64,000 bases of DNA from Nanobdellati archaeon (GTDB lineage: Archaea; EX4484-52; GLR71): contig JAHYJR010000003.1 of assembly GCA_019429005.1 (NCBI GenBank), forward strand, positions 76,026 through 140,025, written 5' to 3'. Positions 50,586-61,279 of this stretch are shown here, one piece after another. Within the stretch, counting starts at the first letter, position 1, and the number at the start of each line of letters is the position of its first letter. Below the pieces are notes generated by a model. That model was given only the letters and a program-made list of their open reading frames with translations, was not told the origin of the DNA and ran no database searches. The translations under genes were made by a program, and so were the position numbers.

Positions 50586-51389
50586 TCAATAAAATAATTG
50601 TACAAATTTTAACATAACATCAAAACCAAAAAAGGACAAAAGTATAATCATAGCTAAAACCTCTAAATAAGACCATTTCTTTGTACCTTTAATTAAATCA
50701 GTTACAGTAAGGCATATCCACAGCAAAAAGACATAACCGCTCATAAGCGAAAAAAGTGAAAAACTAGAATGTGACCAAGCACCTAAAATCTCACCTGCAA
50801 TTTCATCAAAAACTGTAAAAAGTCCGACAAAAAATGCAAGACGCATCATATTCGCAGTTTTAAATATCAAAAATGCAAACGCAAACTCAAATAATATCAA
50901 AAAAGGTTTCAAAGCCAAATCCAAAAAGAAATAATCAATTATAAACATAGCAAAAATAAAAAATAAAATGAAATAATTTACATATGAAAACCATTTATGT
51001 TCCGAATATTTTTGTTCAAAAACTTTCCACAAATTATAAGATGCCCAAAATATAGCACCATAACCAGGAATAACCCAAAGAGGAACACCGCCTATAACAC
51101 CATTAAGATATGTAAAATAGCCAATCTTAACACCAATCAATTCATGCACAAAACCTATAACAGATGCAAGAACTAAAAAGACTTTACCACGAAGATCACT
51201 TTCTTTCCAGAAAAACAACCAAAGAATAAAAAGCACAAAAGCTGATGTGAACTCATCACCAGTCTGTGTATAAAATATCAAAGTGCCAACTATTGATATG
51301 ACCATGAACAAGAAAAAATCCCACGCATTATTAAGTAAAATCTTTTTATCCTTATCAAAAGCCGCTTTTAATGACTGGAAATTGAACAT
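50586..51389 (-). CDS. Polytopic membrane protein with internal duplication (DUF2878-like)
   Basis: Repeated halves (HELIGVKIGYFTY / DEIAGEILGAWSH), about 8 TM helices. Confidence 0.7.
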   Translation of the reverse strand: MFNFQSLKAAFDKDKKILLNNAWDFFLFMVISIVGTLIFYTQTGDEFTSAFVLFILWLFFWKESDLRGKVFLVLASVIGFVHELIGVKIGYFTYLNGVIGGVPLWVIPGYGAIFWASYNLWKVFEQKYSEHKWFSYVNYFILFFIFAMFIIDYFFLDLALKPFLILFEFAFAFLIFKTANMMRLAFFVGLFTVFDEIAGEILGAWSHSSFSLFSLMSGYVFLLWICLTVTDLIKGTKKWSYLEVLAMIILLSFFGFDVMLKFVQLFY

Positions 51390-51534
51390 AAGTATATAAT
51401 CGCAAGTAAGATTTATAAACTTTGAATAAACTAGTGAAAATCAAAAAACAGATAAAAATTGACTATTATTTGAGTATAACAAATGACAAAAACGTTAATA
51501 AAAAACAAAAACGAATATCTTATTAGTGATAAAT

Positions 51535-51741
51535 ATGCCAACCTATTCAACTCAACCAAATAAAGAAGAATATTGTGGATTATCTATTAAAACAAATGAA
51601 GCAGGTAAAGAATTTAACATATACGGTGGTGGCATTGTAGGTGATATAAATTTTAATATAGCTGAAAAAATAAAACCAACTAATATAAATGATAAAATTC
51701 AAGAAACTAAAGACATAATTCATAAGATTTTAACAAAATAA
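51535..51741 (+). CDS. Small hypothetical protein (tandem paralogue 1)
   Basis: TTAGTGATA RBS; FNIYGGGIVGDINF...KIQETK. Confidence 0.65.
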   Translation: MPTYSTQPNKEEYCGLSIKTNEAGKEFNIYGGGIVGDINFNIAEKIKPTNINDKIQETKDIIHKILTK

Positions 51742-51894
51742 AAATCTAACCAATTTAAACCCCACACAATTTTATAACAAATACAAAAAGTTCTATTAAA
51801 ATAAAAAAGCTAATTATCAAAATAACAAATCTTACATTAATAATAAAAACAAACAATTAATAAAATCCGAAAACTAATATTTATTAGTGATAAT

Positions 51895-52101
51895 ATGACA
51901 AAACTTATAACGCCTTCAGATAATAATCCAAATGGTAGGATTCAAACTAAATTAGATTAATATGGACGTGGATATAATGTATACCGTGGCGGATTCAAAG
52001 GCAATATTAATTTTGAACTAGATATCCAAAACAAAAGTATCATTAACGAACAAAAGATTCAAGATACAAAAAACAAGATCATTGAATTAATAAAAAAATA
52101 A
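51895..52101 (+). pseudogene. Tandem paralogue 2 with an internal TAA at 51958
   Basis: MTKLITPSD...LD*YGRGYNVYRGGFKGNINF...KIQDTK; same TTATTAGTGATA leader. Confidence 0.65.
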
Positions 52102-52233
52102 AACTAAAATCAAATTAGATGCCACCACAAGCATAACAACCACAACGATTTCTCTTTAAAACATCCAAACCAGATACAAAACATTTTAACATATAACAAA
52201 ACCTATAAATTAATTTCGCGATAAATACAGATT

Positions 52234-53268
52234 ATGGGAATCAAAATTGGAAAAATCATACCCAAAAAAGAAATCACACTTCAAGAACTAAAGGGTAAAA
52301 CAGTTGCAATTGATGCATTTAACATAATATACCAATTCTTAACAACAATAAAAGATTGGGAAACTGGCGAACCGTTCAAAAACAGTAAAGGTAATGTGAC
52401 ATCACACATATCTGGACTTTTCTATAGAAGCATAAATCTTATGAATGAAGGTATAAATCTCGTTTATGTGTTTGACGGCAAGAAACCAGATTTCAAATCA
52501 AAAACAACTGAAATGAGAAAAGAAACAAAAATAGCTGCAAAAGAAAAACTAAATATTGCGCTTAAAGAAAATGATAAAGAAGGCATAAAAAGATATGCTC
52601 AAGCAACATCCTATATCACAAGTGAAATGATTAAAGATGCAAAAGAACTTCTTGACGCAATGGGAATCCCTTATGTTCAGGCACCAAGCGAAGGTGAAGC
52701 ACAAGCATCTGTAATGACTAGAAACGGTACTGTCTATGCTACAGTCAGCCAAGATATAGACACAATGCTTTTCGGTTGCCCTAGACTAATTAGAAATCTG
52801 TCAACAACACAAAAGAAAAAAGTTCCAGGCAGAAATATCTGGATTAAAACATCGCCTGAAATCATAACACTTGCAGATGTACTAAACGAACTTGAACTAA
52901 CACAAGATCAAATAATTGTACTTGGCATTTTGGTTGGAACCGATTTCAATCCAGGCGGTATCCTTGGCCTTGGACCTAAAAAAGCATTAAAACTAGTAAA
53001 AGAGAAAAAGACACTTGAAGCCACAATAAACTCAGTAGAATGGAACACAGAGGTAAACGCTAAAGACATATTTGATTTCTTTAAATCACCACCAGTAACA
53101 GATGATTATTCGTTAGAACAACGAAAACCAGACATAGATAAAATCCATAAACTCCTTATAGGTAAACATGAATTCGCAATAGAGCGCGTTGATAACTCAC
53201 TTAAAAAATTAGAAAACATCAAAAAGAAAAAACAACAAAGCAGTCTTTTTCAATGGAAACAAAAATAA
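52234..53268 (+). CDS. fen: Flap endonuclease 1
   Basis: AIDAFN, YQFL, VFDG, APSEGEAQ, SQDID, GTDFNPGG, PIP box QSSLFQW. Confidence 0.97.
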   Translation: MGIKIGKIIPKKEITLQELKGKTVAIDAFNIIYQFLTTIKDWETGEPFKNSKGNVTSHISGLFYRSINLMNEGINLVYVFDGKKPDFKSKTTEMRKETKIAAKEKLNIALKENDKEGIKRYAQATSYITSEMIKDAKELLDAMGIPYVQAPSEGEAQASVMTRNGTVYATVSQDIDTMLFGCPRLIRNLSTTQKKKVPGRNIWIKTSPEIITLADVLNELELTQDQIIVLGILVGTDFNPGGILGLGPKKALKLVKEKKTLEATINSVEWNTEVNAKDIFDFFKSPPVTDDYSLEQRKPDIDKIHKLLIGKHEFAIERVDNSLKKLENIKKKKQQSSLFQWKQK

Positions 53269-53271
53269 ATA

Positions 53272-53904
53272 TTATTTAAATCCTGATTTGCCTTTCATAC
53301 TTACAAACCGACAGACCCCATAATTTGTTTTTTCGATTGCATTACCACGTTTTGTACCAACAATAAGTTCCTGCATAAGTACTGTACCGATAGGTATCAC
53401 AATAAGCCCATTCTCTTTAAGCTGACTACTAAGTTCTTCTGGAATCTTGGGAGCTGCACAAGTTACAATAATCTTATCATATGGAGCATATTCTTTAAGC
53501 CCAATACTTCCATCACCCTTCACAATATCTACATTTTTATATTCCTTAAGATACTTTTTAGATAAATCATAAAGACCATCAACAATCTCAACAGTATGAA
53601 TTTTTCCAGAATCTGATACAAGCTTAGACATTATAGCAGCATTCCAACCAGACCCCGTACCAATCTCAAGAACGTTATCACCCTCTTTAAGATCAAGTAA
53701 TTCTATCATGATAGCAACCATATGTGGCGCACTCATAGTCTGATCAAAACCAATCGGAATAGGTTCATCAACATACGCATAAGGCTTACCTTCTTTAAGC
53801 AAGAAATCAATCCGAGGCACACTATAAAACGCACTAATAATTTTTTCAGTCTTGAGATGACCCTCACTTATAAGACGACTTATAAGGTGCGAATATTCAT
53901 TCAT
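53272..53904 (-). CDS. pcm: Protein-L-isoaspartate O-methyltransferase
   Basis: VPRIDF, QTMSAPHMV, LEIGTGSGW, APYDKI, FVSM. Confidence 0.95.
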   Translation of the reverse strand: MNEYSHLISRLISEGHLKTEKIISAFYSVPRIDFLLKEGKPYAYVDEPIPIGFDQTMSAPHMVAIMIELLDLKEGDNVLEIGTGSGWNAAIMSKLVSDSGKIHTVEIVDGLYDLSKKYLKEYKNVDIVKGDGSIGLKEYAPYDKIIVTCAAPKIPEELSSQLKENGLIVIPIGTVLMQELIVGTKRGNAIEKTNYGVCRFVSMKGKSGFK

Positions 53905-54078
53905 ATATTTTATTTGTCTAGAAAACTAAAAAATGTGTTGGATTGTTTTATTATGTCACCAATAAAATCACAAAAACAAACTATACTATACCCAAACCCG
54001 CACAAAGATTACAACCCAACAACAACTTTCTACCCCAAAAAAAGAAAATTTAATATACATTAGAAACTAAACTAAAAT

Positions 54079-55026
54079 ATGGCAATTTTTAGATGGATCT
54101 ACAACCGATTTAATACGGATAAAAAACAGAACCTAAAAGATATAAAAGATCATAATGAGACCCATAAGAAGCATCATGAAGACCTTGTTAATGTTATATC
54201 ACAAGGTTTTTCAATACACAAGAACAAAATTGATTCAATACATAATCGTATGAATGACCTTGAAAATAGACCACATCACGTTGTGACTGAAAAAATTCTA
54301 CAACCTCAATACATAAAAGTCCAGGACTCTGAACAGCTAATTGAGCTTGAAAACATGATAAGAAATGAAATACTGAAAATTAATTCTAATATAAGTGACA
54401 TGGCAAAAAATATCAATATATTAAATCAAGAAAAAAATACAACTGAACTTTCAAAAGAAGTACATCACCTATACAAAAAGATAGATAATATTGAAAACAG
54501 GTTACAGACAATCATACCAAACGAGAAAATAGATAATATAACACATGAACTTAATCAAATTAAAACAGATTTCAATCAAATTACAAAAGATATAAATGAA
54601 AAGATTGATGTCAAACTCAAAAAAATTGAAGATAACCAAAAAAAAATAAATGATTTTAAATATGAAACAAACCACATCGTCAATATACAACCGATTAACG
54701 ATAATCTATATGAAATAACAGAAGATAGTCTTACAGATGCACAAAAAAAAGCTCTTATAATAATAATTGCATTGTCAGGTGAATCAAAAACAAACAAAGC
54801 TGCAAACGAAGATATAATAAAAGAAATGTATCCGCAACATAAAGTTGAAGATAGAAGATCAACTGTCGCAAATTATATCAGAGAACTTGAAAAGATAGGA
54901 CTTATAAGCCGTGAAAAAAAAGGTAGGAACACATTTATTTCTGCAACAGATAAAGCACATGAACTTATAGATAACCATAAAAATAAGACACTATTGCGTA
55001 AGAAAAAAATGATTAAACAAGAATAA
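54079..55026 (+). CDS. Coiled-coil protein with C-terminal winged-HTH
   Basis: Long heptad region; LTDAQK...RSTVANYIRELEKIGLISREKKGR. Confidence 0.8.
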   Translation: MAIFRWIYNRFNTDKKQNLKDIKDHNETHKKHHEDLVNVISQGFSIHKNKIDSIHNRMNDLENRPHHVVTEKILQPQYIKVQDSEQLIELENMIRNEILKINSNISDMAKNINILNQEKNTTELSKEVHHLYKKIDNIENRLQTIIPNEKIDNITHELNQIKTDFNQITKDINEKIDVKLKKIEDNQKKINDFKYETNHIVNIQPINDNLYEITEDSLTDAQKKALIIIIALSGESKTNKAANEDIIKEMYPQHKVEDRRSTVANYIRELEKIGLISREKKGRNTFISATDKAHELIDNHKNKTLLRKKKMIKQE

Positions 55027-55053
55027 TCATAAATTTAAATACGCAAAAACCAA

Positions 55054-55986
55054 ATGATGTGGATACCAATGGAAACCATTAATAAACAGATACAACAGAT
55101 AATGCAAGATATCAAAAATCTTAAGGTTCAAGGTGCTAGTGAAGTTGCAAAAGCAGGAATCCACTGTATAAAAATTATAATTAAAAATAATCCAAAACTA
55201 TCAAAAAAAGAACTATTACAAACTATACAAAAAAATACAAAAGACTTGATTAGATTAAGACCAACGGAACCAGCACTTCAAAATAGCTTAAAACAATTAA
55301 TTAGGGAATTTAACAAAACCAATCTTGAAGGCCAAAAACTCAATAAACATATGATTATATTTTGTGATAATTATATAGATAACATAAAAGATATTGTAAT
55401 AAAAATCGCAAAAAGTGGTTCTGAAATCATCAAAGATAATGATATAATTATGACACATTGTCACAGTCATACGGTTGTCGCCATACTTAAAGAAGCAAAA
55501 AAACAAGGTAAAAAGTTCAATGTAATTGTAACCGAAACAAGACCGCGACTTCAAGGAAAAATAACGGCCAACGAACTTTCAAAAGTAAATATCCCTGTAA
55601 CTTATATCGTTGATTCAGCAGCCGCCCTATTTATGAAAGATACAACAAAGGTACTTGTAGGTGCAGATGCAATAAGTCTGGATGGTAGTGTCACAAACAA
55701 GATAGGAACATATTTAATTGCTCTTGCTGCAAAAGACTTTAATGTGCCTGTATTTGTAGCATGTGCAAGCCATAAATTTGATTCCAGAACAATTCTCGGT
55801 TTTGATGTACCTATTGAAGAGCGAGACACAGATGAGATTATCACCAAAAAAGAACTTAATTACAAGACATTAAAAATTATAAATCCTGCATTTGATACCA
55901 CCCCCAAAAAATACATAAAACAAATAATAACTGAAAAAGGTATCTTAACACCTTCAAACATAAATAAATTATCTAAATTAATGTGA
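55054..55986 (+). CDS. Ribose-1,5-bisphosphate isomerase (eIF2B-alpha-like family)
   Basis: VQGA, RPTEPAL, THCHS catalytic Cys, ETRPRLQG, VGAD catalytic Asp, NKIGT, NPAFDTTP. Confidence 0.9.
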   Translation: MMWIPMETINKQIQQIMQDIKNLKVQGASEVAKAGIHCIKIIIKNNPKLSKKELLQTIQKNTKDLIRLRPTEPALQNSLKQLIREFNKTNLEGQKLNKHMIIFCDNYIDNIKDIVIKIAKSGSEIIKDNDIIMTHCHSHTVVAILKEAKKQGKKFNVIVTETRPRLQGKITANELSKVNIPVTYIVDSAAALFMKDTTKVLVGADAISLDGSVTNKIGTYLIALAAKDFNVPVFVACASHKFDSRTILGFDVPIEERDTDEIITKKELNYKTLKIINPAFDTTPKKYIKQIITEKGILTPSNINKLSKLM

Positions 55987-55990
55987 TAAT

Positions 55991-57367
55991 ATGGTTAAAA
56001 AACAATTGAAAAGCGATGTTATTATTATTGGTGCAGGTATAAGTGGACTTCTTACAGCTCTTGCACTTACAAAAGAAGGTAAAAAAGTTATAATTATAGA
56101 AAAATCAAAAATTCTTGGTGGAAATGCTAGAAGCTACGACATATCAGGATTTAGAGTAGATACAGGTGTTCATGCCATAACAAGCACAAATGAAGGTCCA
56201 TTATTTGAACTTGTTGAAAAATATTTCGACAAAAAACCAAAATATTTACCTCACGGCGAATATTACATAAGAACAAAAGACAAATTGGTGCAAATGCCAT
56301 GGACAATAAATGAATGGCGAAAGATAGACATATTTCCACAAAAAGACAAACTGATAATGCTCGGACTTCTTACAAAAAATATTGTAAAAACCACCATAAC
56401 AAAAAAAGAAAGCAAAGAATCTGTATATGATGTCATAAAAATATATTCATTAACAGACAATAGTATGCGATTTATAGATATGTTATGTTACCTATTGACA
56501 GGCGAATCAATGAGAGAAACTCCTGCTTGGAGAATTACAAAAGGTGCAGGATACATATCTGAAAACAAAATTAAAAAAATAGAAATGCTATATATGATTA
56601 AAAATCTCTTCAGATTCAATGGTTCAACAGTCCAAGGATATCCAAAAGGTGGCATAGGTACAATAACTAACGCTTTGATAAAATCAATTCCAATAGATAA
56701 AATACAATATCTACTTGAAGAACAAGTTACAGAAATAATTACTAAAAACAATAAAGCCATTGGTGTAGAAACTGAAATCGGAACATATAAAGCAAACACA
56801 ATCGTATATTCAGGTTTCATGAAAGACCTTCCTAACTTAACAGATAGTTTGCCTCAAGATTTCAAAAATAAACTAAAAAAAATAAAACAAACTGAAAGTC
56901 TTACAATCTGGCTTGGACTTAAAAAACCTCTTCACTGGTTCAATTATAAAGGTTCTGAAATGTGGTATGAGGATGGCGAATATTTCTGGGCTATGCCTGT
57001 ATCAAATTATGATCTTGACCTTGCACCAGGCGGTATGCAACTTGTAGGTTTTACATTCATAATAAAAGGCGATAAAAAAGAATTTGAAAAAAAGGCAGAA
57101 AAAACAATATACAAAACATTTCCCGGCATAGAAAAACAGATGGCTATGAAACATATACAGATAACAATACCTGAAAAAGCAGCAATAACAAAAGATACAT
57201 TTTTCCCAAACCCAAAATCACCAATTGATAATCTATACCTTGTCGGAACAGATACAGATTATAGAAGCATGGGTCTTACAAGAGCAGCATACTCAGTAAT
57301 TGAAGCACTCAATTATATGAGACAAGACAATGTCATAACAAACGATGACAAAATCAATGAAAAATAA
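55991..57367 (+). CDS. FAD-dependent oxidoreductase (phytoene-desaturase-like family)
   Basis: IIGAGISGL, EKS..LGGNARS, DTGVH, YPKGG, LYLVGTD. Confidence 0.85.
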   Translation: MVKKQLKSDVIIIGAGISGLLTALALTKEGKKVIIIEKSKILGGNARSYDISGFRVDTGVHAITSTNEGPLFELVEKYFDKKPKYLPHGEYYIRTKDKLVQMPWTINEWRKIDIFPQKDKLIMLGLLTKNIVKTTITKKESKESVYDVIKIYSLTDNSMRFIDMLCYLLTGESMRETPAWRITKGAGYISENKIKKIEMLYMIKNLFRFNGSTVQGYPKGGIGTITNALIKSIPIDKIQYLLEEQVTEIITKNNKAIGVETEIGTYKANTIVYSGFMKDLPNLTDSLPQDFKNKLKKIKQTESLTIWLGLKKPLHWFNYKGSEMWYEDGEYFWAMPVSNYDLDLAPGGMQLVGFTFIIKGDKKEFEKKAEKTIYKTFPGIEKQMAMKHIQITIPEKAAITKDTFFPNPKSPIDNLYLVGTDTDYRSMGLTRAAYSVIEALNYMRQDNVITNDDKINEK

Positions 57368-57452
57368 CTTTAACAAAACATAAAATAACATTCATAACAA
57401 TATTTATAACCCAAAAGACATAATTTATATATTAAAGATATAGGTGAAATGA

Positions 57453-58091
57453 TTGAAAATAATAATTGTTGGTGGCGGAGCAATAGGTAAACATGCAGCA
57501 GATATACTTTCAAAAAAGAATAACAATATCACAATTTTAGAAAAAGATAAAAAAAGAGCTAATGAACTTGCAAATTCCCTTGATTCTCTAGTTATAAATG
57601 ATGAAGGTACAGATATGATATCTTTAAAGAATGCGGGTATTGAGACAACAGACGCTTTTATCGCATTAACTGGTGATGATAAAGTAAATCTTATGGGTTG
57701 TGAAATTGCAAAAAATATAGGTGTTCCTCATATAATAACAAGAATAAACAATCCCGGAAATGAAGAACTATTTGTAAAACTAGGTATAAACATGCTAATT
57801 CCAGTAACACAAGATGCTGTAAACCTTATTGACAATCACTTAAGTTCTCCAGGAACAAGAGTTCTTGCAGAGATTGGAGACAATAAAGCACAAATTATTG
57901 AGATCATGATTCCTGAATCAAGCAAATTTGTAGGTCATAAGGGTGTGAAAATTGATGACGGTACAATAAGTGCAATATATCGTAACGGACTTATAATCAT
58001 GCCAGAAAAAAACATAACAATCAATGCTGGTGATGTTGTCATAATTGTCGCAAAAACCGAACATATATCAAAAATAACAAAACAATTATAA
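57453..58091 (+). CDS. trkA: Trk K+ uptake NAD-binding subunit
   Basis: IVGGGAIG, RCK-N and RCK-C domains; TTG start after AGGTGA. Confidence 0.92.
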   Translation: MKIIIVGGGAIGKHAADILSKKNNNITILEKDKKRANELANSLDSLVINDEGTDMISLKNAGIETTDAFIALTGDDKVNLMGCEIAKNIGVPHIITRINNPGNEELFVKLGINMLIPVTQDAVNLIDNHLSSPGTRVLAEIGDNKAQIIEIMIPESSKFVGHKGVKIDDGTISAIYRNGLIIMPEKNITINAGDVVIIVAKTEHISKITKQL

Positions 58092-58135
58092 TTAAATATA
58101 ATAGGTGAAATAAGATAAAAACTGTTATAAGCACA

Positions 58136-59497
58136 ATGGGATTGCTTCTTGAGATTTTTTCAATATTTCTAATTATACCAATAACAGTTGCATTCCTATA
58201 TAATGAACCCACAACACCTTTTTTTATAACACTTACAATATCAATATTATTAGGCGTATTACTTGAAAAATCATTCAAAAGAGAAGAACTTACACTTGGA
58301 CGCGGTATAGCATTAACAGCATTATCCTTTGTTGTATTCTCACTACTTGGTTCAATACCTTTTGGATTCCTAATCGAAAATATGCATACAAACACAAATA
58401 TAATTGATCCTCTTTTTGAAAGTGTAAGTGGATTCACAACAACCGGACTTACCATATTTAAGAGCGTTGAAATTCTACCAAAAAGCATACTATTTTGGAG
58501 AAGTATGACACAATGGCTTGGTGGTATGGGTATCATTATAATATTCTTATCTTTACTTAGAGGACTTCCAACATCATCAATCGCATTATATCAGGCGCAA
58601 GGCCTTCCAGAAAAAACAGAACCATCAATCAACCAAACAACAAAAGTCATGCTTAAGATATATCTGACATATACAATACTTGGAATCATTGCACTTTATC
58701 TTGCAGGACTCAATCTTTTTGATGCAACAAACACTACATTTACCGCAATCTCAACCGGAGGCTTTGCCGTAGTTGATACATTTTATGACAATAATCTAAT
58801 TCTTGGAATCATATCAATCCTTATGCTTCTAGGTTCAATCAATTTCATACTTCACGACAAATTATTCAAAAAAAGATTTAAAGAATTTATAGAATCAATA
58901 GAAGTCAAATCATTTTCAATATTCCTATTGACCATAATAACTCTAACATACATATCAACAGGAATGCTTAAAATTAGCATTTTTGAGATGATAAGCACAC
59001 TTACTGCAACAGGTTTTTCAATCACTAACATATCACTTCTTGGAGCCCCTATTATACTTATAATGATAATTTCAATGATTGTCGGTAGTTTTGCAGGTTC
59101 AACTGCAGGTGGTATAAAACAATTACGATTTTTCGTATCTATAAAATCAACAATTTGGACAATACAAAAATTCATCAGCCCAAAAAACGCAATAATTCCG
59201 TTCAAAATTGGAAAGACTGTGGTTGATGAGGATACAATAAAAGTAACTCAAATTTTTGTAATAACATATCTTGGTATACTTGTGCTTGGAACAATCATGT
59301 TATCTTTCAGCGGATATTCTCTTGAAGATTCACTATTCCAAGCTGCATCTGCACAAGGTACTGTTGGGCTTAATACCGTACCAATTCACGATATGCCCCT
59401 CTTTGGAAAAATAACCCTTATCTGTATGATGCTTCTTGGCCGTCTTGAGATATTTCCAATATTTATACTAATCAAAAAAAGTCTTGAAAAATTTTAA
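58136..59497 (+). CDS. trkH: Trk K+ uptake membrane subunit
   Basis: FESVSGFTTTG, QWLGGMG, STGGF, GSTAGGIK, GRLE. Confidence 0.95.
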   Translation: MGLLLEIFSIFLIIPITVAFLYNEPTTPFFITLTISILLGVLLEKSFKREELTLGRGIALTALSFVVFSLLGSIPFGFLIENMHTNTNIIDPLFESVSGFTTTGLTIFKSVEILPKSILFWRSMTQWLGGMGIIIIFLSLLRGLPTSSIALYQAQGLPEKTEPSINQTTKVMLKIYLTYTILGIIALYLAGLNLFDATNTTFTAISTGGFAVVDTFYDNNLILGIISILMLLGSINFILHDKLFKKRFKEFIESIEVKSFSIFLLTIITLTYISTGMLKISIFEMISTLTATGFSITNISLLGAPIILIMIISMIVGSFAGSTAGGIKQLRFFVSIKSTIWTIQKFISPKNAIIPFKIGKTVVDEDTIKVTQIFVITYLGILVLGTIMLSFSGYSLEDSLFQAASAQGTVGLNTVPIHDMPLFGKITLICMMLLGRLEIFPIFILIKKSLEKF

Positions 59498-59737
59498 AAA
59501 GACCTTAGATTTTTTAATCCAATCAAGAAAAAACATAATAAAACAAGAACCCATTAGAATATATACTAATTAAAATTATCAAAATTATAATAATACGCTA
59601 AATCAAAATAATAATAATAATAATAGAACTCAAAATAATCTTTATAAATCAAAAATAATAACATAAATCAAAATAAACAAAATCAAATTATAATAATTAT
59701 TATAATAATAATAATAACAAAAAATAGGTGTTTTAAA

Positions 59738-61237
59738 TTGTTAGAACTAAAAGTTAAATTTATTGATATAGACCCTAATTATCCTCTAGTCATATTAAAT
59801 AAAGAAGATATGGCAGATATCGCTGCAAATACAACAGATCGTGTTGAAGTTACATACGGAAACAAAAGTAAAATTGTAGTTGTAGATAGCACAGAAAAAC
59901 TTGTTAAAAAAGGTTACATAGGCTTAAACAGAAAAGCTATGAAATACGGTATTACAAGCGGAACAAAAGTATTTATAGATCCAGCTGAAACACCTGAAAG
60001 TGTAGAATACATAAAGAAAAAGCTCAAAGGAATTGAACTTTCAAGAAAAGAATGTAACACAATAATAGATGATATAAATGCAAACAAATTAAGTGATATT
60101 GAACTTGGAGCATTTGTATCTGCAATATATGTTCATGATTACACACCTAAAGAACTTGTCGCAATCACAGAACGAATGGTATCAACAGGAATCCAATTCA
60201 AATGGAAAAATAATACTGTTGTTGCAGACAAACACTGTATAGGTGGCGTTCCCGGAAACAGAACAACGCCAATTGTAATTGCAATTGCTGCTACATGCGG
60301 TATCACAATACCAAAAACAAGTTCTCGTGCAATAACCTCTCCTGCAGGCACAGCAGATACACTTGAAGTATTTTGTAATGTTAACTTAACAATGAAACAG
60401 ATTGAAAAAATTGTTGAAAAAACAGGTGCTTGTTTTGCTTGGGGTGGTTCAGTTGACCTTGCACCATCAGATGATAAAATAATCAAAGCAGAATATCCGC
60501 TATCTCTTGACCCTGAAGGGCAATTAATAGCATCAGTTCTTGCAAAGAAAAAAGCAATCGGTTCAAATGCAGTTGTAATAGATATCCCTTATGGCTTTGA
60601 ATCTAAAGTAGACAGCCTTGAAAATGCAGAAAAACTTGCAGGAAAATTCAAGATGGTAGGTAAAAAACTTGATATGAACGTAGACTGTGCTATAACACAC
60701 GGTAACCAACCAATTGGAAACGGTATAGGCCCAGTCCTTGAATGCATTGATATAATTGAAGTATTGAATGGTCGAGGTCCAGATGACTTGAGAGAAAAAT
60801 GTCTTGAACTTGCTGGAATTCTTTTGAGACTTGTTGGAAAAGGCGATATAAAAACAGCAGAAAATATCCTTGATTCAAAAAAAGCATTAAAAAAATTCAA
60901 TGACATAATCGTAATGCAAGGTGGTAAAAAAGATATTGATTTATACAAACTTCTTGGAAAATATAAAAAGACCATATTTGCAAAAAGCAATGGAAAAGTC
61001 ACAAAAATCTTTAACAAACAAATTACACGCATAGCAAGAATTGCGGGTGCACCAAAAGACAAAGGTGCTGGAATTTACCTATACACTAAACTTGATACAA
61101 ATATCAAAAAAGGCGATAGATTATTTGATATATATGCCGAAACGGAATTCAAGCTCAAACATGCATTATATCTTTTAAAAGCTAAAAACCCTGTTCTTAT
61201 TGAAGCAAAAAAAGGTATTCTCGTCGAAGAAATTTGA
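59738..61237 (+). CDS. AMP/NMP phosphorylase (archaeal)
   Basis: N-terminal extension, DKHCIGGVPGN, KTSSRAITSPAGTAD, QPIGNGIGP, APKDKGAG. Confidence 0.93.
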   Translation: MLELKVKFIDIDPNYPLVILNKEDMADIAANTTDRVEVTYGNKSKIVVVDSTEKLVKKGYIGLNRKAMKYGITSGTKVFIDPAETPESVEYIKKKLKGIELSRKECNTIIDDINANKLSDIELGAFVSAIYVHDYTPKELVAITERMVSTGIQFKWKNNTVVADKHCIGGVPGNRTTPIVIAIAATCGITIPKTSSRAITSPAGTADTLEVFCNVNLTMKQIEKIVEKTGACFAWGGSVDLAPSDDKIIKAEYPLSLDPEGQLIASVLAKKKAIGSNAVVIDIPYGFESKVDSLENAEKLAGKFKMVGKKLDMNVDCAITHGNQPIGNGIGPVLECIDIIEVLNGRGPDDLREKCLELAGILLRLVGKGDIKTAENILDSKKALKKFNDIIVMQGGKKDIDLYKLLGKYKKTIFAKSNGKVTKIFNKQITRIARIAGAPKDKGAGIYLYTKLDTNIKKGDRLFDIYAETEFKLKHALYLLKAKNPVLIEAKKGILVEEI

Positions 61238-61279
61238 AAAGATATATAAAGTTTTTCCCTAGTAGTAATAACAGTTAAA

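Noticed and set aside
59498-59737. ATA/AAT-rich intergenic stretch as a structured element
   Set aside because: Low-complexity sequence consistent with the genome's AT bias; no defined unit or stem.
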